Both the position numbers and the translations under genes were made by a program. The notes under the pieces were generated by a model, which worked only from the letters and a program-made list of their open reading frames with translations, did not search any database and was not told the DNA's origin. From Octopus sinensis (taxonomy: Eukaryota), in contig NC_042997.1 of NCBI RefSeq assembly GCF_006345805.1, positions 139,810,001 through 139,874,000 of the forward strand: 64,000 bases of DNA, in the 5' to 3' direction. Positions within the stretch are counted from its first letter, which is position 1, and the number at the start of each line of letters is the position of its first letter. Positions 23,763 to 35,769 of the stretch are shown piece after piece.

Positions 23763-26700
23763 AATAATAATAATGAATTATTGTATACAGTGCTCAGGTG
23801 CACCACAACTTGTCAGAAAGTGCATATAAAGTACATGCAGCAATGTAGAAATGTCTGGAAAGTGAACATGCTTGTGTGTGTATGGAGGGGAGAAAATCAA
23901 GTGTAGTGTTGGCGAATCTCAGGAAGCATGGAAGTTTTGAAGGATGCAGTGCTCCGACAACTAACAACAACCTGCCGGCAGTTTGTTCCACGCTTCAGCA
24001 ACTCTCAGCGTGAAAAAATGTTTCCTGAAGTCATGGGAGCTGTGCTGTTTTCTTACTTTGTAAATATGTCCACGGGTGTTAGATGGGTGGAGTTTGAAGA
24101 GGTGCTCAGAGTTATTGTTTGTGCGATGGTTGATAATTTTATGGGTGTCTGCCAAACGTCGGAGTTTTAATGGTCCATGCCCAGGGAAGTAAGGCGTTCA
24201 GGATATGGCAAATGCCTGATGAGGGTATTCTTTTGGTTGCACGTCGCTGAACAGCTTCTAGACGATTGATGGTCCTGGGCAAGATAAGGTTCCAGACCGG
24301 TGATGCAAATTCCAGGTGAGGTCTTACCATAGCTTATAAAAGCCGCAGATAGATAGCCGGAGAGCGGCTCACAAAGGATTTGGTGAGTGATGCCAAGACA
24401 CCCTCAGCCTTCTTGACAATTTTAGCGATGTGTTTTGTCCAACGCAAATTGCTGTCGACAATAACACCCAGGTCACGTTCACTTGAAGACTTTTTGAGAC
24501 TAGTGTTGTGGAGGGAGTAGGTGGACGCTGGGTTTCTCCTCCCAAAATGCATGGTGGTACATTTGTCCACAGCCAGCTTCAGTTGCCAGTCCATGATCCA
24601 CTGCTGCATTGTGTCCAGGTCTGCTTGCAATAGAGATCCATAGTGTACAGGATTTGACCTCTTTATTTGGAGGTACAGCTTGATGTCATCTGCATATTTC
24701 AGCACTGTGGCATTCTTTAAGTTGGCATCTATGTCATTAACATATGCAACAAAATAAAAAGGGCCAAGAACAGATCCCTGCGGCACACCAGATGTCATCT
24801 CATAGGGCGAAGAGTGCTGTCCTAGAACTGTGACAACCTCTTTTCGGCCGAAAATAAAGGACTTTAACCAGTTATAGAGTTCGTCTCTTACACCCAACGC
24901 AGAAAGCTTCACCATAAGTCTTTTGTGTGGCACAGAGTTAAAAGCCTTAGCAAAGTCCAGGTAAACAACATCCACCCAGGATCCGCGATCAGTGATTTGG
25001 GTAACGTCCTCAAGAACTCGATGAGTTGATTACAGCAGCTGGTTTAGGAATAAATCCGAATTGTGACGGCTGGCTGAGGCTGTGAGACTTCCAGAAGTTC
25101 CAGAGGTTTCTCTGATACAGGATTCCATCAGTTTGGCGATGCAGCTAGTAAGACTGATGGGGCGATAGTTGACAGGCGATGTGCGGTCGCCTTTTTTTAA
25201 CAGAGGGATGACACTGGCAGTTTTCCACTGTTCTGGAGTAACACCATTGTCGAGACAGAATTGGAAGAATAGAGAAAGTTGGCATAGAAGAAAGTACCCA
25301 CTGCGTTTGAGAAGTAGGTATGTAACACCATTGAGACCAGGAGAGGCATAATTGCGTTTATTCTTTAGGTGGCGTTGCAGCATTGCTGGTGTAAATTGCA
25401 TAGAAGATATAGAGTCCGATGTCAGTGGTGATGATGATGGAACATTTTGGTCTTCGACAGTAAAGATGCCGGCATAGCATCCAGCAATGATTTCTGCACA
25501 TTCTTCGGGATTGCCAGTAATCTGTCCTGTGTGGGGATTGCGAAGGGGACCAACAGGAGAGTGGGGTCTCTGCTTTGAGTGCACATACTTCCAGAACCCT
25601 TTGCTGTCAGGGTTAGCTGCAATGCGTTGTTCAAATTCAAGCACTGCCTTTTTTGTCACCTGCTTGAGGTGGTTGGCTGACCTATTGCGCTTTTTCCTGT
25701 TGCTCTCTGATTTATGCAATTTGTATTCCCGTTCAGCATTACGGCGTTCTTTCCTGGCAAGTCGGACTGCTGCAGTCTCCCAAATTGCACTATTGGGTGG
25801 TTTTTTGTGCTTGCGTGGTACTGATGCTGCACATGCTGCCCATATTGAATTCAGAATGTTCTGGAGTATAGTGTCCACATCTCCAGAGGCATAAAATTCG
25901 CGCCAGTTTGGGCGTTGCAGCTCAGTACAATAAGAGCTCCAGTTTGCTTTATTCCAGTCAAAGCGGGCAATCTGAAGATGGTTGTGTTTTTTGTTACAAC
26001 CAATCAGAGACAAGTCGGCCATGATCATGGAATGATCAGAGTCACCCAAAGGTTCTTCGGTAGCGACACTAATGATTGTTTTAGGAGAAGCGGTTAGTAG
26101 CAGATCCAAAGTGTTGTTACCTCTTGTGGGGGAGGTAACAACTTGGGACCAATTCGAATTCAGCACCAGTTCAAGAAAATCGTCTGCACTTTGCGGCCAA
26201 CGGAAAGCCTCCCAGTCAATCTCAGGGAAATTGAAGTCCCCCGCAACATACACATATGTGGCTGTTTTCATGGCAGCCGCCCTGAGGAGATCAAAAAGCT
26301 GTGCGTCTTGGCGATAATTTGGAGGACGGTAAACGACTCCGAGCAGAAGTGTTGACATGGTCATGTGTACATTGCAGAAAAATACCTCCTGCTGAGATTG
26401 GTTCAAATCATCACAGGGGATTGCCGAAAGACTTGATCGAACATAAATCATCACACCCCCTCCACGGCGATTAATGCGGTCTTTGCGGAACAGGTTGTAG
26501 CCGGCTATGCTGAAAACTCCATCACAGAGTGCAGAGTGTGCCCACGTTTCCGTGACTGTGATGAAATCTGGGTTGATACTTTTGACGTAGGAGACAAAAA
26601 GATGCACCTTGTTGCATAAACTACGGGCATTCAAGGACAGCAGTTTATATCTGGATTTCAGATGATGATATACAGGGGATGGCTGATTGTTCTTGGTTAG

Positions 26701-26871
26701 TTTCCCCAAGATTTTTGCATTGCCAGTTGTTGTTGTGGGTGTAGTCTGCTCAGTCCAACTGGCATCCCTTATCCACGACTCACCAGACTTGACGAATGTC
26801 CAGATCTGCCCATCATCGCGGAGGCTAAAACTCTCCCGTGGCACAGAGTTGCGATTTAGGGAAGCCACGGA
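23763..26871 (-). mobile_element. Young 5'-truncated CR1-clade LINE (APE + RT), 3.1 kb, 7-bp TSD TTCTTAT
   Basis: APE motifs (LNARSL, VTETW, RGGGV, GDFN, LDLLL, SDH), RT motifs (YRPISLTS, YLDFAKAFNSV, GVPQGSVLGP, YADD) and a (TTA)n tail. Only a few frameshifts. TSD at 23756-23762 and 26872-26878. Confidence 0.95.
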
Positions 26872-28535
26872 TTCTTATGCCTAGCATTTCTCTCAGGGTG
26901 CTTACACTCTGTCGTGCATTCACACTGACATTACACATCCAGCGGATCATGCTAGCTTCATTTCTTTCAAGTCTACGCATGTCCTCTGCAGTCACGGCCC
27001 ATGTTTCACTGCCGTGAAGCATGGCAGTTCGCACACATGCATCATACAATCTACCTTTCACTCTGAGTGAGAGACCCTTTGTCGCCAGTAGGGGTAGCAG
27101 CTTTCTAAACTTTGCCCAGGCTATTCGTGTTCTAGTGGTGACACTCTCTGAGCATCCACCCCACTACTAACTTGGTCACCCAGGTAGCGGAAACTATCAA
27201 CTACTTCTAGTTTCTCTCCCTGGAGTGTGATGGAATCTGTTTTCTGAGTGTCTGTGGTGTCTATTGTCCCTGTGCATCTGCCGCACATGAAAGCTATCTT
27301 ATCTGTTAATTTCCCTTTAATGTTGCTGCACCTCTTGTGCGTCCATAGCTTACATTGGGTGCATCTTATGGAGTTTCTACCTACACCTTTCCTACAGCTC
27401 GAGCAGGGCCACCTGCCCGATGGGGTGTGTGCTGAGTTCGCCTTTCTGCATACTATAACTTTGTTCTTCGCTACATTTACTCTAAGGCCCTTTGATTCCA
27501 ACCCTTGTTTCCACACCCGAAATTTCTTTTTTAGTTCCGGTAGCGATTCTGCTATGAGGGCCAGGTCATCAGCATAGAGGAGCTCCCAGGGGCAACCTGT
27601 TTTGAATTCCTCTGTTATTGCCTGGAGGACTATGATGAATAAAAGGGGACTGAGGGCTGAGCCCTGGTGTACACCTACTTCTACCCGGAATTCTTCACTA
27701 TATTCATTGCCAATCCTAACCTTGCTGACAGCCTCTCTGTATAGAGCCTGTACAGCCCTTATTAGCCATTCGTGAATCAACAGTTTCCGCATCGACCACC
27801 AGATAAGGGATCAGGGAACCCTGTCAAAGGCTTTCTCCAAGTCCACAAAAGCTATGTAGAGGGGTTTATCTTTAGCTAGGTATTTCTCCAGCAGTTGTCG
27901 GACCAGGAATCTAGCATCAGTGGTGCTTCTACCCGACACAAAACCGAACTGCATCTCATCTAAGCAAATTCTCTCCCTAATGAGATGGGTTATGACCCTC
28001 TCTGTGGCCTTCATCACCTGATCCAACAGTTTAATACCCCTGTAGTTATTTCTATCTAGAGCATCACCCTTACCCTTGTAGTAGTTGACTATAGTGCTGC
28101 TACGCCAGTCATTGGGTATGACTCCATTATGAACTACCTGGTTAACAATACGGGTGACTAGGCCATAGCCCGCATAACCAGCTGTTTTAAGCATCTCAGC
28201 AGTGATTCCTGATGGGCCGGGGGCTTTACCTGGTTTCATATCCTTAATTGCCTTAACTACAAGGGAGCTGTCTATTTGGATAGCTGGTCCCTCTACTGGG
28301 TCAACATTTGGCAGGCTCTCCTCCTCTCATTCATTCTCCACATTCAACAGTCTTTCATAATGGCTTCTCCAAGCCTCTTTCTTTTCACCAACAATAAAAG
28401 CAAGTGCCCCATCATCCATGCGGACACATTTCTCCCCTGTAACATCACTATTTTCTCTGACACACTGTCTAGCAATACGAAATACCTCAGTTCTTTGGTC
28501 CTCACGTCGCTGGACATTGGCAAACTTCTTTTCTG

Positions 28536-28538
<3 letters not shown>
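26872..28538 (-). mobile_element. RTE LINE, RT part, 5'-truncated at a (CA)n tract
   Basis: KAPGPSGIT, NYRGIKLL, FVDLEKAFDRVP, GVHQGSALSPLLF and LLYADDL. Joins seamlessly to 23762 across the CR1. Confidence 0.95.
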
Positions 28539-28577
<39 letters not shown>

Positions 28578-28597
28578 TGTGGTGTGTGTGTGTGTGT

Positions 28598-28702
28598 GAT
28601 GAAAGGCAAAATCGACCTCGGCGGAATTTGAACTCAGAACGTAACGGCAGACGAAATACGGCTACGCATTTCGCCCGGCGTGCTAACGTTTCTGCCAGCT
28701 CT
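28598..28702 (-). mobile_element. tRNA-derived SINE head (same family as 63429-63646)
   Basis: Minus strand GAGCTGGCAGAAACGTTAGC ... GAGTTCAAATTCCGCCGAGGTCGA with A/B-box-like motifs. Confidence 0.8.
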
Positions 28703-28884
28703 TTGCTTTTTTAATATTAAATTTCTTGCCTTTTGCACAAATAAATACAATAAGTGAAATGAAACGCATTAGCTTAGAAACGAAATCTTGTTAGAAGCCT
28801 CGTCACTGAGATGCCACTTCTTAATAGCAAACGAAAGCAAGTACTAACAGAATGGAAACATTTTCAATTTAATACATGTGGCGG

Positions 28885-30040
28885 ATCTTTTCATTTTTGA
28901 AGCCAGGACCACAGATCTTTCTACTTAACTAAATAATTTGAAACTTCGTATGCTGATAGAGTCTAGCAAAACAAGACACAGGTTGGAACTAGTTTATTTG
29001 AGAAAAATCTATTTTATGACTTTAATCGTAGATTAAAACTGCGAATTTTAACCAATCAGATTGTTTGTTTTCATGTGTAAAACTTGACTGCATTCTATTA
29101 ATGTGACGTAGAAAGCGCTTTTGTGACGTACTAACGTTCGTTTGAAAACTGTAAACAATGTGGGTAACGAACGTATATGCAACACGAAATAACTAAACTG
29201 ATGTGAATATTGTTTTATTTTCTTCGCATGTATCCACATGTTCTTAATATTTTATACACGTGGACTCGTATCATTTACTTTGATAAAATTTTATTCGTGC
29301 ACATCCGAATCATTTGCTTTGTAAACAAACAGGATAATTGAGTGCACTGCACTAGCACCGTAATTATATTAACATTGGTTCATTATTCTTCTGGCATAGG
29401 CCAATTCCTGTTGTTGTAGATTTCCAGCTCATAACTTGTACTCGTTTTATCGACCCACCTGTAACTGGCATATTTTGAACTTGATAAACATATATATGTA
29501 AACCTGAAAACATCTCGAGTATGTTATATATTTGGGATCTTTTCAATTCTGAAGCCAGTTTTTTCAAATTTTTCCTACTGAACCAAACAATTTGAAACTT
29601 CGTATACTGGTCAAAAATGAAAAGATCCAAGAAACATTTTGATTTCAAATCTTTTATGAAAAACTCCAAAATTGATCAAAATCGCGCCACCGCATCTCGC
29701 TGTCTAAAAGTGAAAATAAACGGTTGTTTTGTTCGTTTCCGCATGCGTAGATTTATAGTGATACAGCAAAAGGATCACGGTATGTGAAGCCCTCACCACA
29801 AAACTCGATATGCTAAAACTAACAGTTAAATGTCTGGAGAATTTTTGTGCTTGTGTGTGCGTGCAACAATTTCTACAGCTTATCCGAATGAACAGAGAAA
29901 GAAGGGATCTTTTCGGTTTGACCGGCAGTTTTTTTTAATAATTTCTACGTAACTAAACACTTTTAAACTTCGAATACTGGTTGTAATTCATTTCTAATTC
30001 ATTTATCTCTTTATCAACTACTAAATTTAAGACTCGAAGA
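28885..30040 (+). repeat. Cluster of related GGATCTTTTC...AAACTTCGTATACTG DNA-element fragments, plus modular repeat piece C (29630-29904)
   Basis: The motif recurs at ~28889, 29535 and 29905. 29630-29904 is an inverted homologue of 35770-36050. Confidence 0.6.
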
Positions 30041-30049
30041 CTGTGTCTA

Positions 30050-30562
30050 TCTATATATATAAAACTGTAGTTGTGTGAGTGTCTGTCCCCTTCGATTTAG
30101 ATTCCTAACTACTCCCACATTTTGCGGTGCAGTTTAACCAAATTCGGGTATCTTATAGTCGTGATTCATATCGAACCCGTCTGGCTATTAGCGCGCGTCT
30201 ACGATGAGTCTACGATTTTAAAAATAATTTAACATCATTTTTTATTCCATTTTAATGCATAATTTTTCGTGTGTCGATGGCGGCGGAGTTGGCGTCCATG
30301 GTCACACCTGCACCTGTTTGCTTCTCCCCCTTCTTCCCTCCCTCGTGAAGCTGTGGGGAAGGGAGTGTAAGGAAATCAACGTCGTAAAGCGTTGTCAAGG
30401 AGACCAGCGTTCTTTTAGAACAACGACTTCATGGCTTGAAGACACCAAAACAGAAATGGCTAAGAAAGCCCGAATTGGCATCTATAAGGGAAGTAACTCT
30501 CTAAAAATGCTTATATAGTTATTTCCCTTACAAACCCGAGCAACGCCGGGCGATACTGCTAG
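30050..30562 (+). mobile_element. Non-autonomous Helitron (513 bp)
   Basis: A|TCTATATATATAAAA 5' end, 3' hairpin CCCGAGCAACGCCGGG, then CTAG|T. Inserted between A and T with no TSD. Confidence 0.85.
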
Positions 30563-30994
30563 TTTTGAATAAAGGACAAGAGTGAGTTGACAGCTCATGG
30601 CTAGGTATGGTCATAAATATTATCATATGTACCCCTTTTCCCCTGGGGGGAAATAAGACATGAGGAATACTCAGTTGGATATAAGTAACTGTCTATAAAA
30701 AGAGGCAGGGAGGGGTAGACTTTAAATCATAATGTTAATTACCAGTTAAAGGGGTAAGATGCTAAGAAATCGAAGATATTAATACATAGGAAATTTTATT
30801 TCGGGGCACTATGAGGGAATGTTTATAAACAATATCGTTATGTTGTATAAAAATAAAATTTAAGAATTTCAAATATGTGTGTATATATATATATATATAA
30901 TTTTAATCCAAACAGGAAAACAAAAAAACAACAACACGTGGAACAATTACAGTATTATTATTAATAGGCGCTCAGGAAATATGGAAGCAGGAAG

Positions 30995-31029
30995 GTATGA
31001 CGTTTCGAGCGGAGCTCTTCGTCGGAAAC
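30995..31029 (-). ncRNA. Minimal PLE-type hammerhead motif with a U4C change
   Basis: Minus strand GUUU-CCGACGA-A-GAGC-UCC-GCUC-GAA-ACGU-C^AUAC: palindromic ACGU stem III, one stem I mismatch. Confidence 0.65.
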
Positions 31030-31199
31030 ATAAAGAAGGAAGAGAGAGGAAAGAAAGATCCCAAAGTGGGCAACAAGAGATGGAGAAAAAAAACGACTGG
31101 TGTTTACGAAGTACACATGGTGAAAGGCGGAAGTTTACGATAACAAGAGCAAAGTAGGTTTTTAAAGCCAAAAGAGTGGAGACAGGGTTGGTAACGCAA

Positions 31200-32042
31200 C
31201 AGATGTGTGAGTGTGTGCGTGTGTGTATGTGTGTGTGAGGCGAGATAAAAAAACAAAAAATATATGTATATGTTAGTGTATGCGTCTGTGTGTAGGCGTG
31301 TGAGGTAGGGCGAACAGTAGTAGGCAGCAGACAGTGGTCAGTAGTAAGAAAATGAAGGAAGGAGGAAGGGAGGGAGGGGAAGGGGTGGGGGCGTATGTAA
31401 CGTGCCAGCGTGTGTTGAGTAGTAGTGTGTGTGTGTGTCCAGTGTCGTGGTTGTATTAATGGCGAGTAGATTTGAAGGGTGTGTAAGAGTAATGTATATA
31501 TTTAAGCAATGTGTGTGTGTGAGTGGGTGTATGTATGTGTGCGCGTGTGTGTAACAAAAAAGGGGGGGTTATAAGGAAAAAGGACTCCAGCTGAGGGGAA
31601 GATGGAAGAGTGGTCCCGCGGAGACGGGCGTGGGAGAACCCAAGGACAAGCGACGGCCCCAGGAACGAGCGGGAGGTCCAGCCGGGTCCACGAGCGAGGT
31701 GCATGCATGCGCGTATGCGTACGTGAACCGGCGCAAGCGCGCCTGCGAGTGTGAGCGTAAGTATGTATGTGTGTGGATGTGTGAGTGTGTCTGTGTGTAT
31801 GTCTGGGTGTCAGTGTGTCCGATGAATGTAGGTGAGTATGTGTGTATATATGTGTGTGCATAGATGTATGTCCGTGTGTGTGTGTGTGTGTATGTGTATG
31901 AGTGTGTATGTATGTACGTGTGGGTGTGTGGAAGTGTGTGTATGTGCATGTGTGTGCGCGTACATACAGGTGTGTGAGTGAGTGTGTGTGTGTGTATGTA
32001 TGTGTGAGTGTGTATGTATGTGTGTGTAGGATGCATGTATGG

Positions 32043-32074
<32 letters not shown>

Positions 32075-33720
32075 GTACGTGCGTGTGTGTGTGTGTATGC
32101 ATGTATGCGTGTAGGTGTGCGCGTGTGCATGCATGCATGCATATGTGTGTGTGTGTGCATGTGTATGGGTATATATGTATGTGCGTGTATGTGTGTACAT
32201 GTGTGTGTGTATGCATGTGTGTGTATGTAGGTGTGTAGGCGTGTGTGTATAGGTGTATGTATGTAAGTATGTATGGGTGTGTCCGTGTATGTGTGTGTAT
32301 GTAGGTGTGTGTATAGGTGTATGTATGTATGTCTGGGGGTGTCCGTGCATGTTTGTGTGTGTGTGTGTATTCATGTGTATGTAGGTGTGTGTGTACGTGT
32401 GTAATGTATGTGTGTATGCGTGTGTATGCGTGCGTGTGTGTATGTAGGTGCGTATGTATGTGTGTGGGAGTGTAGGTGTGTGTGTGCGTGTGCGTGTTTA
32501 TGTTGGTGTGTGCGTATGTGAGTGTGAGTGTATGGGTGTTTGTCATGCATGTGTGTGCGCGTGTGTGTGTAAGTATGTGTGTGTGTATGTTTGTGTGAGT
32601 GTGTATGTGTGTACGTCTGTGTATGTATGTGCGTATAGGAGTATGTAGGTATGTGTGTGTGTATGGGTGTATGTATGTATGTGTGTGCATGTGTATAAGT
32701 ATATGTGTATGTGTGTGTTTATGTATGTGTGTATGTATGTGTGTAGGCGTGTGTGTGTAGATGTATGTATGTATGGGTGTGTGTCTGTGTGTGTCTGAGT
32801 GAGGGTATGGCTGTGTAGGTGTGTGTGTGTATGAATGTAAGTGTGTGTGTGTACAAGTGTAATGTATGTATGTAGGTGTGTGTGTGTGTGTGTGTATGTG
32901 TACGTGTGCGTGTGTATGTGTGTGTGTGTATGCGTGTGAGTGTTAGTGTATGGGTGTATGTCTGTGTGTGTGTATGTCTGAAGTAGGTATGTGTGTGTAT
33001 GTATGTATGTGTGTGTGTGTGCGGGTATGTGTGTGTGTGTATGTGTGTGTGTGAGTAGGTGTGCGTGTATGTATGTGGGTAGGGATGCATGCGAGTGTGT
33101 GGGTATGTGTGCATACATACGCACGCGCACACCCGAAGCAAGTCCACACACACGAAGCGCGCTCATGCACACAACACAAGCAATACAACGCAAGCCCATG
33201 GGGCCGACCAAGCCCCCAGCGCGCGCCAAGGCGCGCGAGCGCAAAGGCCCTCGAACGACCCGCTACGCGGGAACCGAGGATCCATCAGCCAAAACCGGAA
33301 AGCAGGAAAGAAGGGGGGGGCTGCCTGGATGCAAAAAGGTGTATGTGTGTGCATTCAGTGTAAGGGTGTGCATGTGTGGGTATGTATGTATGTGTGTGCC
33401 TACATGTATGTGTGCATGTGTGTGTGAAGTATGTACGTGCGGTGTGTGTGTGTGAGTGTGTGTGTATGTATGTGCGTATGTATGTGTGTATGTATGTGTG
33501 TATGTATGTCTGTGTGTGTGTGTGTGTGTAAGTATGTATGTGTGTGTGTATGTATGTGTGTGTGTGTGTATGTGCATGTTGGTTTGTATGTTAGTGTGTG
33601 CATGTATGTCTATAAGTGTGTGTGATTAAATGTGTGAATGTATGTACGTAGATGTGTCTACGTATGTGTGTGTGTGAACAGGCGTGTGGGAGGTAGGTAG
33701 GTGTGTGTGTGTGGGTGGTG
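31200..33720. repeat. ~2.5-kb (TG/TA) mosaic microsatellite with two GC-rich islands
   Basis: Directly visible. Islands at ~31560-31745 and ~33110-33345. Confidence 0.9.
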
Positions 33721-33755
33721 TATCCGGGAAACAAAAAAAGAAGAAGAAGAGGACC

Positions 33756-35328
33756 TCAAGAGGAGGGGGCTGTGTTAAGTCCGTGTAGGGTGAAGATGTA
33801 GCGTTGCTCCAAGTGGAGCCTGGAAAGTGGGCGACCATTGCGGGGGGCGAGACCAAACACTGAGATGTCATCTAGGGAATGGCTGGCCGAGCGGAAGTGG
33901 CATGCGACGGGAGAAAAAGAGTGTAGGCGAACGTCCCTCAAATGTTCTGTGAATCGGTCGGACAACCGCCGTCCCGTCTGTCCTACGTACAGCATCCCGC
34001 ATAGGTTGCATTTAATGCAGTAAATAAGGCCAGACGAGGTGCATGTAAAAGAGTGCCTAATGCGTACAGTATGCTGGTTGGAGCCGGTGACAGCGGTGGT
34101 GTTGGTGATGAAGGGGCAAGTGTTGCAGCGGGATCTAGAGCAAGGGAATGATCCGTGTGGGGCTGAGGGGGAAGGAGAGAGGGTGCTGTGGACCAGGAGG
34201 TCACGCAGATTGCGGGCTCGTTTGAAGGAGGACAGGGGTGGGTTAGGGAAAATGGGGCGGGTGGTGGGATCAAGCTGGAGGCGACGGAAGGCACGTAGTA
34301 TCTTGCGACGAAGGGGTAGGGTAGAGGGGTGGAAAAGGAGGGGGAAGGGGGTGCGGTTGGGGGTGGGCGGGGGGAAGGAGACAGGGCGGTGGTGCGGTCG
34401 ATGCGACGGGCGTGGGTGAGGGCATCAGAGAGGAGTATGGGTGGGTAACCTCGGAGTCTGAACATGCGGGCCAGGTATTGAGATTGGGTCTCGAAATCCT
34501 GGTCGCGGCTGCACAAACGTCGGAGGCGGAGGAACTGGGAGTAGGGGATGGCTCGTTTGGTGCGGAAGGGGTGGGAGGAAGAGAAGTTGAGATAGAGGTG
34601 GGAATCCGTAGGTTTAAAGAAGGCGGTGGTGGTGAGAGAGTTGGAGGGGTGATCGATGCGGAGAGAGATGTCAAGGAAGTTGACAGAGGTGTTGGAGATG
34701 GTGGAGGTGAATTGAAGAGAGGGGTGAAAGTTGGAAAGGAAAGAGATGAATTGGCAGAGAAGTTCACGGGAAAGGGAGGTGGCACCTATGCAGTCGTCGA
34801 TATAGCGACCGTATAGTTCGGGGGTCGGCCCAGAAAACTGGGAGAACACTTGGGCCTCAATGTAGCCAAGAAAGAGATTGGCGAAATTGGGGCCCATCCT
34901 AGTTCCCATCGCGACCCCGGACACCTGTTGGTACGTTTCCCCGGCGAACGTGAAGCAATTGAGGGTGAGGACGAGCTCGGCCAAACGGAGAAGGGTGGGG
35001 GTGCTAGGGGTGGGGTCGGGACGACAGTCGAGGAAGTGTTGGAGGGCTAGGAGACCGTCATTGTGGGGAATCACTGTGTACAGGGATTTTACATCTAATG
35101 TGAAGAGGAGGTGTGAGGGGCTGGAAGGGAAGGAAAAGGAATTGAAGAGACGGAGGGCGTGGTTGGTGTTGTGTATGTGGGATGGGAGGGCTGTGACTAA
35201 GGGGGACAGGATGCGGTCGAGGTATAGGGAGATGAGTTCAGTGGGGCAATTACAGGCAGAGACTATGGGACGGCCAGGATTAGAGGGTTTATGGATCTTG
35301 GGAAGGAAGTAGATGGTGGAGGTGCGGG

Positions 35329-35334
<6 letters not shown>
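33756..35334 (-). mobile_element. Neptune-type Penelope-like element ORF (RT + Cys-rich linker + GIY-YIG), 5'-truncated, one frameshift
   Basis: YFLPKIHK...GRPIVS, LDVKSLYT, GVAMGTRMGPNFANLF, RYIDD, FLDI and CSRSRCNTC, then LIYCIKC...YVGQTGRRLSDRFTEH. Frameshift in a C-rich run near 34345-34375. Confidence 0.93.
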
Positions 35335-35398
<64 letters not shown>

Positions 35399-35402
35399 CA
35401 TA

Positions 35403-35570
35403 TATACGATGGGCTTCTTTTAGTTTCTGTCTACCATATCAACTCACGAGGCTTTGGTTGGCCCGAGGATATAGTGGAAGATACTTGCCCAAAGTACCAC
35501 ACAGTGGGACTGAACCCGAAACCATGTGATTGAGAAGCAAGCTTCTTACCACACAGCCATACCTGTGCCT
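35403..35570 (-). mobile_element. tRNA-derived SINE 5' part ending in (TA)n
   Basis: Reverse complement of the 59388-type SINE head and body. Confidence 0.8.
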
Positions 35571-35769
35571 ATTATGTTAAAGTTTTTATTATTTTGGAAG
35601 GAAGAACACAAACATAGGGGCTGAGCCAGTGACTACACTTGTAGTATTTTGGGGGGATTACTCCAATGAATTGACACCAAGGTAGTTGCTTTTATCAGAA
35701 TTGTTTACCTTTAAAGTGAAAAACAAAACTGACATATATGACAGGTATGTAAAATATATTTCTGTGTAC

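Noticed and set aside
29040-29140. CCAAT box plus two TGACGTA sites as a bidirectional promoter
   Set aside because: They lie within the GGATCTTTTC/AAACTTCGTAT repeat cluster, so they are probably transposon-internal. No supporting exon was found.
31502-33603. Long His/Thr/Tyr-rich and Val/Cys-rich ORFs (up to 373 aa)
   Set aside because: They are translations of the CA/TG microsatellite, which lacks stops by composition. No domain or splice support.
34039-35312. Plus-strand Gly/Arg-rich ORFs
   Set aside because: Antisense shadows of the GC-rich PLE ORF.
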